DNA of 52,916 bases from Rhodobiaceae bacterium UBA7378 (lineage in GTDB: Bacteria; Pseudomonadota; Alphaproteobacteria; RS24). This document shows, one piece after another, positions 19,561-28,936 of this stretch (positions are counted from its first letter, which is position 1; each line of letters opens with the position of its first letter). The notes beneath the pieces are model-generated. The model was not told the origin of the DNA and did no database searches. It was given only the letters and a program-made list of their open reading frames with translations. A program made the position numbers and the translations under genes. The stretch is from positions 4,382 to 57,297 of the forward strand of contig DKNW01000117.1 of NCBI GenBank assembly GCA_002469805.1, in the 5' to 3' direction.

Positions 19561-19992
19561 TCAACCGCTACGAATATATGATTTAAGTGCTTCAGCTTCC
19601 CGCTCAGTCTGGTGAATACGGTAATTCACCAAATCACCGATGGATACAATGCCAACAAGCTGGTCTTGCGCCATCACAGGTAGGTGACGGAATCGTCGCT
19701 CGGTCATAATTTCCATCGCTTCTTCGACTGGCGTATCGGGAAAAATGCTTTGCGGACGCACCGTCATATGCGTGTCGATCGTGTCATTGAGAATGGGCGC
19801 ATCGCGCGATGCGAGTGCCCGCATAACGTCACGCTCAGTGAAAATACCATTGCACGAACCAACTGCCCCTTGAATTACCAGAGCACCGATCTGGTGTTTG
19901 TCCATCAGGTTCACGGCTTCACGCACAGTGGCCTTTGAATTTATGGCAATTACACCTGATCCTTTACGCTGCAAAATATTTTTTATTGTCAT
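19561..19992 (-). CDS. CBS-domain pair protein
   Basis: 143 aa with two CBS repeats (IGALVI... and RHLPVMAQDQLVGIVSIGDL). Confidence 0.85.
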   Translation of the reverse strand: MTIKNILQRKGSGVIAINSKATVREAVNLMDKHQIGALVIQGAVGSCNGIFTERDVMRALASRDAPILNDTIDTHMTVRPQSIFPDTPVEEAMEIMTERRFRHLPVMAQDQLVGIVSIGDLVNYRIHQTEREAEALKSYIRSG

Positions 19993-20062
19993 ATTCAGCC
20001 CCTGTTTTTCTTACAAGAGCCAGTATGCGACAGCTTGCCGCAGTTTTCAAGAATTCTGATAG

Positions 20063-20848
20063 TTAGGCGCGGTCTTTCCAGTCGCCATAATCAACATTGC
20101 CGGGGCCACCAGAGGGCGACAAGGGAGGCTTTTCGATCAAACCGATCAAAAACAGACCCGCGAAAAAACCACCCAAATGCGCCTGCCATGCGATACTGGC
20201 TGATGCGCCGCTGGCACCGGCACCGACCGGACCCGCAAGACCAAACGCCACATTCACCACAATCCAGACCCCGATAAACATCATCACAGGACGTCGCTTG
20301 GGGACATCGACAATTCTGAGCAATCGGCGGCGTTCAGCCGCTACCGCTGGGTTGAGCCAGCGCGTATCGGGAAAGGCAAATCGCGCCGCCGCGCCCATCA
20401 TGCCGGAAACGCCCCCCGATGCACCGATAATCGGCACCAGCCAACTGGTTTCATCGACGCTGTAAATCTGAACTAGCCCGCCAATAATTACACATGCCAG
20501 ATATAAAATTAGGAACCGACGCCAGCCCAGACGCCGCGCGACAGGCGCCCCAAATGCCAACAACCAAACCAGATTGATCAAACAATGCGACCAACTGCTA
20601 TGCAAAAAACTGTATGAAACCAATGAGAAAAGACCTTGCCCGATACCGCCGGGCAAGCCGCCTAGATTGTCAGCGAAAAAACGCGCGGGAAACAGCGCCA
20701 TTTCAACAATCAGCACTAGCGCGACTTGATGGCCGGTGACATACATAATCAGCTGAAAAATGATAATCGTAGCAGCGAGACAAACAATGACGCGTGGCAC
20801 CCGAAACGCCGGCTCACGGCCGCGCAACTGGGTATCTTCCTGCGTCAT
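20063..20848 (-). CDS. rhomboid-family intramembrane serine protease
   Basis: 261 aa, about 6 TM helices. HSSWSH, the catalytic GASGGVSG serine motif and the AHLGGF histidine motif. Confidence 0.85.
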   Translation of the reverse strand: MTQEDTQLRGREPAFRVPRVIVCLAATIIIFQLIMYVTGHQVALVLIVEMALFPARFFADNLGGLPGGIGQGLFSLVSYSFLHSSWSHCLINLVWLLAFGAPVARRLGWRRFLILYLACVIIGGLVQIYSVDETSWLVPIIGASGGVSGMMGAAARFAFPDTRWLNPAVAAERRRLLRIVDVPKRRPVMMFIGVWIVVNVAFGLAGPVGAGASGASASIAWQAHLGGFFAGLFLIGLIEKPPLSPSGGPGNVDYGDWKDRA

Positions 20849-20852
20849 AGGC

Positions 20853-21470
20853 TTATTTCTCTGCCTGAACAGCGCGCACTAATGCGGATTCCACAAGCGG
20901 CAATCGGTCATTACCAAAATACATATCCGACCCATTGATGAACATGGTCGGAGATCCGAAGCCGCCGCGCGCGACAAGCTCCTCGGTGTTCGCCCGCAAG
21001 CGCCCTTTGACATCGTTATGGGCAATTTTTTCGGCTACATCGGCCGGGTCGAGCCCTACAGCCGTGCAAATTTGCGCGATTTCCTCAGGCTGGCTGACAT
21101 CGCGCAATTCGCCCCAATAGGCGTGAAATGCCGCGTGCGAAAATGCTGGCAGAACGCCCGCATCCAACGCCACAATCGAGGCACGCATCACGTCAACGGC
21201 CCGCACGGGGAAAACCGGCGGCATGCCGATTTCGATGCCGCAAAACTGGGCCCAATCCTGCAAATCCTTAACATAATAGCGGCCCTTGACGGGGTGAGGA
21301 TTGGCGCGTTGTTCGTAAACGGTTTCGTTGACGGCATTAAAAACGCCGCCAACTAACACTGGCTTCCAGTCAATATCTACCCCGCACCGCTCCGCAACGC
21401 CCTCAACTCTGGAAAAAGCGAGATACGTCCACGGACTGGAGATATCGAAGTAGAACTCGAAATGCGTCAT
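20853..21470 (-). CDS. DsbA-like thioredoxin-fold protein (2-hydroxychromene-2-carboxylate isomerase / GST-kappa type)
   Basis: 205 aa. FYFDISSPWTYLAF (SPW in place of CxxC) and a C-terminal FGSPTMFINGSDMYFGNDRL motif. Confidence 0.8.
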   Translation of the reverse strand: MTHFEFYFDISSPWTYLAFSRVEGVAERCGVDIDWKPVLVGGVFNAVNETVYEQRANPHPVKGRYYVKDLQDWAQFCGIEIGMPPVFPVRAVDVMRASIVALDAGVLPAFSHAAFHAYWGELRDVSQPEEIAQICTAVGLDPADVAEKIAHNDVKGRLRANTEELVARGGFGSPTMFINGSDMYFGNDRLPLVESALVRAVQAEK

Positions 21471-23113
21471 TATTCCGCGGCTACCTGCTGTGGCGACAGG
21501 AACCCGCGCCCGCGAATATGGTCTGAGATTTTCTCTGCTATCATGATCGTTGGTGCATTGGTGTTGCCGCCGATCAGTGTCGGCATGAGCGAGGCGTCCA
21601 CAACCCGCAAGCCTTCCAGTCCATGCACCTGACCATGTTCATTGGTCACAGCCGAAGCATCGCTGCCCATTTTGCAGGTGCCAACTGGATGATAAAGCGT
21701 TTCCCCCGTCGCACGGATCCACGCATCTACCTCGTCATCATTGTCAACATTGACATCGGGACCGGGCTTGGTTTCCTCACCGCGATACGGGTCAAAAGCC
21801 GGTTGCATGAACACACGGCGCATTTCACGGAACCCATTGCGTAAATCGATCAGATCGTTTTCTGCCGATAGATAATTCGGGAACAATGCCGGTGACGCAA
21901 GCGGATCGGCGTTTTTCAGCCCAACATGACCGCGGCTTTCCGGACGACACTGATAAACCAGCGCCGAATAGCCGTGCTCTTTAGGAATACCACCGCGCCC
22001 ATGAACATCTGGCACGGCGGTCGATACATAATGCACCTGCATGTCTGGAATATCTTTTGACGGGTGCGATTTGTAAAACGCACCAGCCGAACATGGCGGG
22101 AAGGACGCATCGCCCTTACCGAGGAACATCCATAGCGCGCCAGCTAATTGCGTGCGCAAGAAAGTTGCCGAACGGTGCAACGTGACCGGCTGCGTGCACG
22201 AAAACTGGCTGGTAACAGCCAAATGATCTTGTAGATTTTGGCCCACGCCCTTCAGCTCATGCACGACGTCAAGCCCGTGCGGTTTAATTTCATTGGCCGG
22301 ACCAACCCCACTGCGCAGCAGAATTTGCGGTGAATTCAGCGCACCAGCCGACAAAACAATCTCACGATTGGCGCGAATACGGTGCTCGACACCATTTTGC
22401 TGCACAACCAGTTCGACTGCTCTCTTACCTTCGAAAATCACGCGGTCAACGCTGACTTCCGTCTCAGTAGACAGGTTTTTGCGGTTCAGAACTGGGTGCA
22501 GATATGCCTGCGCTGAACTACACCGTTTAGCACCGCGAATTGTATGCTCATAGCGCGAGAAGCCTTCTTGCTGGCGGCCATTAAAGTCTTTGGTGAACGG
22601 GAAGCCTGCTTGTTGTCCGGCCTCGACGAAGACATCCATCAAAACATCGTTTGTGCGCTCTGATTTTTGCACCGTCAACGGCCCATCCGTGCCGTGAAAC
22701 TCGCTATCGCCATCGCCTTGGAAATTCTCAGCCCGCCGGAAATAGGGCAGCACGCTTTCATACGACCAGCCCTGATTACCAAGCTGGCTCCAATGGTCAT
22801 AATCCCAAGCATTACCGCGAATATAAATCATCGCGTTAATCGCCGACGAACCACCCCAGCCGCGCCCGCGTGGCCAATACATCTGGCGACCATCGAGATT
22901 TTCTTCTGTTTCCGTTTCAAACCCGTAATTCTGTTCATTCTTTTCAGGCACGATTTGCGAGTAACCCGCTGGCATATGAATAAAGATATTTTTGTCTCGT
23001 TTGCCTGCTTCAAGCAGCAATACCGTAGTGTTTTCATCCTCAGAAAGGCGATTGGCTAACACACAACCAGCGCTACCAGCACCAACAATAATATAATCTG
23101 CACTATCGATCAT
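21470..23113 (-). CDS. GMC-family FAD oxidoreductase (choline/alcohol dehydrogenase-like)
   Basis: 547 aa. ADYIIVGAGSAGCVLANRLSED FAD fold, GGSSAINAM and a C-terminal HPVGTCKMG ... GNTNAPTIMIAEK signature. Confidence 0.9.
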   Translation of the reverse strand: MIDSADYIIVGAGSAGCVLANRLSEDENTTVLLLEAGKRDKNIFIHMPAGYSQIVPEKNEQNYGFETETEENLDGRQMYWPRGRGWGGSSAINAMIYIRGNAWDYDHWSQLGNQGWSYESVLPYFRRAENFQGDGDSEFHGTDGPLTVQKSERTNDVLMDVFVEAGQQAGFPFTKDFNGRQQEGFSRYEHTIRGAKRCSSAQAYLHPVLNRKNLSTETEVSVDRVIFEGKRAVELVVQQNGVEHRIRANREIVLSAGALNSPQILLRSGVGPANEIKPHGLDVVHELKGVGQNLQDHLAVTSQFSCTQPVTLHRSATFLRTQLAGALWMFLGKGDASFPPCSAGAFYKSHPSKDIPDMQVHYVSTAVPDVHGRGGIPKEHGYSALVYQCRPESRGHVGLKNADPLASPALFPNYLSAENDLIDLRNGFREMRRVFMQPAFDPYRGEETKPGPDVNVDNDDEVDAWIRATGETLYHPVGTCKMGSDASAVTNEHGQVHGLEGLRVVDASLMPTLIGGNTNAPTIMIAEKISDHIRGRGFLSPQQVAAE

Positions 23114-23117
23114 TTAC

Positions 23118-23645
23118 CTAAACTTCCTTTAATGTCTCTTTGAAACGTTTCCAGTTCTCAACATAAATTGTTGCCGACGCGATCATCATTTTTTCATTAT
23201 CCTCGCCAAGTTCGCGGACAACTTTGCCGGGCATGCCCAGCACCATCGAATTGTCGGGTATTTCTTTGCCTTCACCAACCAGCGCATGTGCCCCAATAAG
23301 GCAATTTCTGCCGATTTTCGCCCCGTTTAAGATGGTCGCGCCGATACCAATAAGGCTGTTATCGCCAACCGTACAGCCATGTAACATAGCCTGATGACCA
23401 ATGGTTACATTGGTGCCCAGCGTTAGCGGATAGCCGATATCAGTATGCATCACCGCACCATCTTGCACATTGGAGTTTTCGCCGATCGTAATAGGTTCAT
23501 TATCACCGCGCAAAACAGCGTTAAACCACACGCTCGCGTTTTCCTTGAGAACGATGGCTCCCATGAGTTGTGCGTTAGGTGCAACCCAATATGCCCCGCT
23601 ATCTGGAAAAACAGGTGTTACGTCTCCTAAAGCATAAATCGGCAT
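23118..23645 (-). CDS. gamma-carbonic-anhydrase-like hexapeptide-repeat protein
   Basis: 175 aa. [11 protein letters not shown].....[11 protein letters not shown]...[13 protein letters not shown] is typical of the YrdA/PaaY family. Confidence 0.9.
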   Translation of the reverse strand: MPIYALGDVTPVFPDSGAYWVAPNAQLMGAIVLKENASVWFNAVLRGDNEPITIGENSNVQDGAVMHTDIGYPLTLGTNVTIGHQAMLHGCTVGDNSLIGIGATILNGAKIGRNCLIGAHALVGEGKEIPDNSMVLGMPGKVVRELGEDNEKMMIASATIYVENWKRFKETLKEV

Positions 23646-23715
23646 GTTCCCTCCTTCACGCCAAGATGTTACGGTGCATGGTAACGGCTAAATTGCTGGT
23701 GTCGAGAGCGAAAAA

Positions 23716-24474
23716 ATGAGTAAGACCAATATGTCGCGCATGTTTCCCGAGGGTGAGTGGCCCATCTGGCGGCTGTTTTTCGTCGGCTTGGGCGTGCTTA
23801 TTGCCGCAACAGTGTTTGGTTTGTGGTTTTCCATGAATCCGGAAATTTTGGACAGCCGTTATCAAGCCTATCAACCGACCGAAAGTGGTCAACGTATCCG
23901 CGTTGAAGTTGGCGGAACACTGTTCGCTATCCCGGCGCATTATTCGAGAACCGACAATATTCGTGATGCCAAGGTCCAGAATTTTGTTGAATTACACACG
24001 CTCCTGCCCGAGCTAAACCCCTACACACGGGCGCAAGATAGCGAGTTTTTGCGGACTGACCCTACCTCCCCTCTCGTGATCATCACCTTACGGGCGAGCG
24101 AGCGGCCATTGCCGGAGCGCCGTATTTTCGAAGATGTCTTCAGCCCTTTTATTACCGGCTCAGGTCAGGTTCGCGACGACGGGCTACAGGCTTTCCGCTT
24201 CCAATCAAATTCGCATTATGCATCTAAGGAATTATTCCGCGCCCTACCCGTTGGCCCACGCACCAAGCGGCTCGCGCCACCGCTGATCATTTGTGACCAT
24301 ATCGATACGCCGAACCCAAACTGCGAAAGCAGCTTCGACCTTGGCCGCACAGCGCAAGCGAGCTACAGCTTCAAGCGCGCACATCTTTCCGATTGGGAAA
24401 CGATTGATGGTGGCATCCGCGATATGATCCGGTCGTTCCGCGCTGCGGCGCGAGCCCGGGTCGGCAGCCGCTAA
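23716..24474 (+). CDS. hypothetical membrane-anchored protein
   Basis: 252 aa with a single N-terminal TM helix (WRLFFVGLGVLIAATVFGLWF). The rest is soluble and no motif is recognised. Confidence 0.5.
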   Translation: MSKTNMSRMFPEGEWPIWRLFFVGLGVLIAATVFGLWFSMNPEILDSRYQAYQPTESGQRIRVEVGGTLFAIPAHYSRTDNIRDAKVQNFVELHTLLPELNPYTRAQDSEFLRTDPTSPLVIITLRASERPLPERRIFEDVFSPFITGSGQVRDDGLQAFRFQSNSHYASKELFRALPVGPRTKRLAPPLIICDHIDTPNPNCESSFDLGRTAQASYSFKRAHLSDWETIDGGIRDMIRSFRAAARARVGSR

Positions 24475-24488
24475 TTCACAAACTAAAA

Positions 24489-24701
24489 TTACAGCGTCGG
24501 CAGATCAAATTCCAGAATTGCCATGTTGAACGCGTAGGAAATTTCACCGTCTTCATCATCGCGGAACAGCGTGCCGATGAATTCGTCTTCCATAAACACT
24601 TCAATCATGTCGTCTTTCGCGCCACGCTTGAGCGTGAGCATGTCATTAGAGAATTTCAAGCGCAGATAGGCCTGAACGCGCAACACTTCATCATTATTCA
24701 T
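24489..24701 (-). CDS. DUF3126-like small protein
   Basis: MNNDEVLRVQAYLRLKFSND...IGTLFRDDEDGEISYAFNMAILEFDL resembles the small conserved alphaproteobacterial DUF3126 family. ATG 24701 has an AAAGGA RBS (the ORF extends to 24719). Confidence 0.65.
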   Translation of the reverse strand: MNNDEVLRVQAYLRLKFSNDMLTLKRGAKDDMIEVFMEDEFIGTLFRDDEDGEISYAFNMAILEFDLPTL

Positions 24702-24731
24702 GGAAAATCCTTTCAGCAAGCTGAGCGCAGG

Positions 24732-25508
24732 CTATTGCGCCGTAAAGCCACCGTCAACAACGAGTTCAGCACCAGTCATCCAAGCTGATTCCTCCGATGC
24801 CAAAAATAAAACGGCATTGGCAATGTCGCGCGGCACGCCAAGCCGACCGATGGGTGTTTGCATGGTCAACATTTCCATCGCCTCGTTTTCACCGGGCATT
24901 AGACCAGTTTCAACGGCGTGGCGCAGGCCGTCGCGTACCATATCAGTGCCAACAAACCCAGGATGGATGGAATTGACCCGAATGCCATAACCCAGCTGTG
25001 CCAGCTCGACCGCCAATGCCTTGGTGAGCAAACGCACACCACCTTTGGCCGCATGGTAAGGTGCCTGCCCCGCGGAACCGACAATGCCATAAATTGAGGA
25101 AATATTGATAATGCTTCCGCCGGTTGCTTTCATCAGCCCGACGCCGTGTTTGCACCCCAGAAAAACCGCATCAAGGTCAATGCCAACAACTTTGCGCCAC
25201 TGCTCAAGCGTGGTTTCCTCGATCGTGGTGGCATTATGCGCAATGCCGGCATTATTCACCAAAATATCAAGCCCGCCAAACGCGTCGCCTGTGGCAGATA
25301 TCGCCGCCGCCCACTGGTTTTCGTGCATAACATCATGCATCATGAAGCGCATGTTTTCATGCGCACTGACCAGTTCATGCCCCTCATCTTCTAGAATATC
25401 GGTCACCATGACATTGGCACCCTCACTGTGCAGGACGCGAGCCATTTCAGCCCCCAAGCCCCGCGCACCGCCGGAAACAAAAGCAGTTTTACCTTGTAAA
25501 CGTCCCAT
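24732..25508 (-). CDS. SDR-family oxidoreductase
   Basis: 258 aa. TAFVSGGARGLG cofactor motif, NNAG and the catalytic S...YxxxK (YHAAKGG). Confidence 0.9.
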   Translation of the reverse strand: MGRLQGKTAFVSGGARGLGAEMARVLHSEGANVMVTDILEDEGHELVSAHENMRFMMHDVMHENQWAAAISATGDAFGGLDILVNNAGIAHNATTIEETTLEQWRKVVGIDLDAVFLGCKHGVGLMKATGGSIINISSIYGIVGSAGQAPYHAAKGGVRLLTKALAVELAQLGYGIRVNSIHPGFVGTDMVRDGLRHAVETGLMPGENEAMEMLTMQTPIGRLGVPRDIANAVLFLASEESAWMTGAELVVDGGFTAQ

Positions 25509-25530
25509 TTAACTCCCCCCGAAACGAAAC

Positions 25531-26385
25531 TTACGAAACATCACCATCCGCGCCATCCGAGGCGTCAACCGGTGTATCCACACTATGGTCCATTTGGCGC
25601 GACGGCTGGGTTGATGACACGCCATGAATAATTTTCGCAGGTACCCCGACCGCCGTCGAATAGGCCGGTACATCTGTCAGCACAACACTGCCACCACCAA
25701 TTTTAGCGCAATCGCCTACCCTGATATTGCCAAGCACTTTTGCGCCAACTGAAATCAGCACACCATTGCCAATTTTTGGGTGACGGTCGCCACCCTCCTT
25801 GCCACTGCCGCCCAGCGTCACGCTGTGCAGCATCGACACATCATCACCAACAACCGCCGTCTCGCCAATGACAACGCCAGTTGCATGGTCGATAAACACG
25901 CCTTTGCCGATTTTGGCGGCCGGATGAATGTCGGCCTGGAACACCTCGGACGCGCGGTTTTGAATATAAAGCGCTGTGGCGCGCTGGTCATGCGCCATCA
26001 TCCAATGCGCAGCACGATGCGCCTGCAAAGCTAGAAAGCCTTTGAAATACAGAACTGGATCTAGATATGACCGACACGCCGGGTCGCGATCAAAGTGCGC
26101 GATGATATCCGCGCGAAGTGTCTCACCCATAATCGGATTATTGACAAGACTTTCCTCGAAAACCTCGCGCAACGCCCGCGCGCCAATTTCCGCATTGCCC
26201 ATTTTTTCAGCCAAATGGGAAGCGATTACGGTTTCGAGCCGGTCGTGGTTGAGAACGCTGGCGTGCACGAAACCGGACATAACCGGTTCACGGTTTGCGA
26301 CTTGTTGCGCGTCAGCGCGCAGCTTTTCCCAAACGGGATCGAGACGTTCTAGAGGTTCGGGTTTTTCAGACATTTTGCCCCGCAT
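25531..26385 (-). CDS. cysE: serine O-acetyltransferase
   Basis: SATase N-terminal helical domain (DPACRSYLDPVLYFKGF.ALQ.HR.AHW) followed by hexapeptide repeats (IHPAAKIG.GVFIDHATGVVIGETAVVGDDVS..H.VTLGG). The start could be ATG 26373 instead. Confidence 0.9.
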   Translation of the reverse strand: MRGKMSEKPEPLERLDPVWEKLRADAQQVANREPVMSGFVHASVLNHDRLETVIASHLAEKMGNAEIGARALREVFEESLVNNPIMGETLRADIIAHFDRDPACRSYLDPVLYFKGFLALQAHRAAHWMMAHDQRATALYIQNRASEVFQADIHPAAKIGKGVFIDHATGVVIGETAVVGDDVSMLHSVTLGGSGKEGGDRHPKIGNGVLISVGAKVLGNIRVGDCAKIGGGSVVLTDVPAYSTAVGVPAKIIHGVSSTQPSRQMDHSVDTPVDASDGADGDVS

Positions 26386-26475
26386 GTTCAGGCTTCAGAA
26401 ATTGTCTTTACGCATTTGTAGCGAAAAGGATACCATTGCGGCCCGACCCCAGGCAAGAAAACTATATTGACCGAA

Positions 26476-27294
26476 ATGCCACGCATCCAGACCAGCACGC
26501 TAAATATCTATTATGAAATTGCCGGCACTGGTCCGCCATTGCTGGTTTTATCCGGTACAGGCGGCGACCTGCGGAACAAACCCAATATCATGGATAGTCC
26601 GCTCACCAGCACCTTCCAAGTTATCAGCTACGATCAACGAGGGCTCGGCCAAAGCGAAAAACCGCAAGATGGATACACGATGACGGCCTATGCCGATGAT
26701 GCCGCGGCACTGCTTGATGCGCTTGGCTTCGACAAAGTACATGTGCTTGGCATGTCATTTGGCGGCATGGTGGCGCAAGAATTTTGCCTTGCCTATCCAG
26801 ACAGGGTTAACCGGGTCGGACTTTTTTGCACCTCGCCCGGGGGCGCAGGTGGCTCTTCCTATCCGCTGCATGAATTTGAGGCGCTCGATCTTGAAGGACG
26901 AGCACGAGCCATGGTTTTACAAGGTGATACGCGCATAAGCGCAGATATCCTTGACGCTCAACCCGACATTTTGGAGGCAGCTATGGTGCGCCTTGACCGT
27001 TCAGATTTTGCGCATGAAGACGGCCACGCCCGGGGCATAACCGGCCAGTTGGCGGCACGTAAGGACCATGATTGCTGGGACCGCCTTGGCGATATCACCT
27101 GCCCTGTCTGGTTGGCGGGTGGCCTTTATGATGGCACGGCCTTGCCGCAATCAATGGAGAATATGGCCCAGCGTCTACCCAATGCCATTTTGAAATTCTA
27201 CGAAGGCGGTCACTTATTTATGGTGCAGGTTCCCAATGTTTTCACGGATCTTGCGTATTTTTTGAACGCCGATAATCCGACAGGAACGCCATGA
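26476..27294 (+). CDS. alpha/beta-fold hydrolase
   Basis: GMSFGG nucleophile elbow and a late GGH motif. The track start is TTG 26467, with an ATG at 26476. Confidence 0.85.
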   Translation: MPRIQTSTLNIYYEIAGTGPPLLVLSGTGGDLRNKPNIMDSPLTSTFQVISYDQRGLGQSEKPQDGYTMTAYADDAAALLDALGFDKVHVLGMSFGGMVAQEFCLAYPDRVNRVGLFCTSPGGAGGSSYPLHEFEALDLEGRARAMVLQGDTRISADILDAQPDILEAAMVRLDRSDFAHEDGHARGITGQLAARKDHDCWDRLGDITCPVWLAGGLYDGTALPQSMENMAQRLPNAILKFYEGGHLFMVQVPNVFTDLAYFLNADNPTGTP

Positions 27295-28109
27295 CCTCTG
27301 AAACTTCAAAAAGCCAGCCGACCAAAACCATTCCGACCGGCGCAGCGCGTCTGCGTGCCGAGGTGACGACCGGCTGCGCCACGATAATCATTGATTATCC
27401 TGAACGACACAATGTTATCGATCTGGAAGGTTGGCTGGCGCTGCCAGAGCTGATTGCTCGGCTCGCGCGCCTGCCAGATATGCGCCTGATTGTAATGCGT
27501 GGGGCTGGCGGCAGAGCTTTTGTGGCTGGTGCCGACATTGCCCAATTCGACGAAAAATATTCTGGGCCACACGGCAGTCACTACGACACGGCAACCATTG
27601 ATGCGTTTGACGCCGTGGCCGCGTGTCCGATACCCACATTTGCCGCAATTGAAGGCTATTGCATTGGCGGTGGGCTGGGGCTGGCTCTGGCTTGCGATTT
27701 GCGACTAGCGCGCGACGACAGCAGTTTTGCCATTCCCGCGGCTCGCTTAGGGCTTGCTTATCCGCCCAACGCCACCGACCGATTGCGCGCAACGGTTGGC
27801 CCGTCGCACGCAAAGGATATTTTATTCACCGCGCGCCGCCTGGATGCCAGCCAGGCGCTAGCCATGGGCTTGGTCAATTATGTAACCTCAACCGCCGATT
27901 TTGATACTGAGCTGGCACATCACGTGGCCACTATTTGTACAAATGCGCCTTTGACATTAAAGGCGGCCAAGGCTGTGATTGAGCGCCATCCCGATACCGA
28001 TCAGGCAGAAATCGACCAGAAAATAGCCGCTTGTTTTGCGAGCGCTGATTACGAAGAAGGCCGTACGGCATTCATGCAGAAACGACCCCCGGAATTTTCC
28101 GGCAATTAG
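27291..28109 (+). CDS. enoyl-CoA hydratase/isomerase (crotonase) family protein
   Basis: 272 aa. RAFVAGADI and GYCIGGGLGLALACDLR oxyanion-hole motifs. The ATG overlaps the upstream stop (ATGA). Confidence 0.9.
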   Translation: MTSETSKSQPTKTIPTGAARLRAEVTTGCATIIIDYPERHNVIDLEGWLALPELIARLARLPDMRLIVMRGAGGRAFVAGADIAQFDEKYSGPHGSHYDTATIDAFDAVAACPIPTFAAIEGYCIGGGLGLALACDLRLARDDSSFAIPAARLGLAYPPNATDRLRATVGPSHAKDILFTARRLDASQALAMGLVNYVTSTADFDTELAHHVATICTNAPLTLKAAKAVIERHPDTDQAEIDQKIAACFASADYEEGRTAFMQKRPPEFSGN

Positions 28110-28119
28110 GAGATACATT

Positions 28120-28908
28120 ATGGATTTTTCAGATCAGGTAGCCATCGTTACAGGCTCATCATCCGGCATCGGAGCCGCTGCTGCCATTGGCATGGCGCGC
28201 GGAGGTGCCAAAGTCGTCATCAACTATTCAAAAAGTAGCGATGCGGCTGAAGCTATAGCTGCCGCCTGCGTAGAGGCGGGTGGCGATGCGATAGCCGTGG
28301 CCGCCGATGTTTCCGATGATGCAGCCTGCCGGTCGCTGGTTGAAGCGGCCATGGATAAATGGGGACGCCTAGATATTCTGGTGAACAATGCAGGCACAAC
28401 CAAATTTATGGATCACGCCAATCTGGATGGCTTGGACAAAACCGATTTTGAAGACATCTATGCCCTCAACACAATCGGCCCGTACCAGATGATACGCGCC
28501 GCACAACCGCATCTGAAAGCCTGCGGCGCCGGCAGTGTCGTCAATATTTCATCTGTCGCCGGGGTTCGCGGCGTTGGGTCCTCCATCGCTTATGTGGCGT
28601 CAAAGGGCGCGCTGAACTCAATGACGCTGGCCCTTGCTCGCGCTTTGGGCGACGACCACATTCGCGTCAATGCAGTTTGCCCGGGATTCGTCGGCACGGA
28701 TTGGTTTCGCAACGCGCTGGGCGAAGAAGTGTTTGACCGCATTGTTGAAGGACAAAAAAACGCAACGCCCATGCACCGCGCCGGTACGCCGGATGATGTA
28801 AGTGGCCCAATTTTGTTTTTTGCCAACCGCGCCAGCGTGCACGTGACCGGGCAATTGCTCGTGGTAGACGCCGGATTGTTGCTAGGCATGCCGGTTAAGA
28901 TCGGCTAG
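28120..28908 (+). CDS. SDR-family oxidoreductase
   Basis: VAIVTGSSSGIG, NNAG and S..YVASKGA motifs. ATG 28120 is preceded by AGGAGA. The longer ORF from 28036 overlaps the crotonase gene. Confidence 0.9.
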   Translation: MDFSDQVAIVTGSSSGIGAAAAIGMARGGAKVVINYSKSSDAAEAIAAACVEAGGDAIAVAADVSDDAACRSLVEAAMDKWGRLDILVNNAGTTKFMDHANLDGLDKTDFEDIYALNTIGPYQMIRAAQPHLKACGAGSVVNISSVAGVRGVGSSIAYVASKGALNSMTLALARALGDDHIRVNAVCPGFVGTDWFRNALGEEVFDRIVEGQKNATPMHRAGTPDDVSGPILFFANRASVHVTGQLLVVDAGLLLGMPVKIG

Positions 28909-28936
28909 GTTTTCGGGTACAAATAGGAGATATAGT

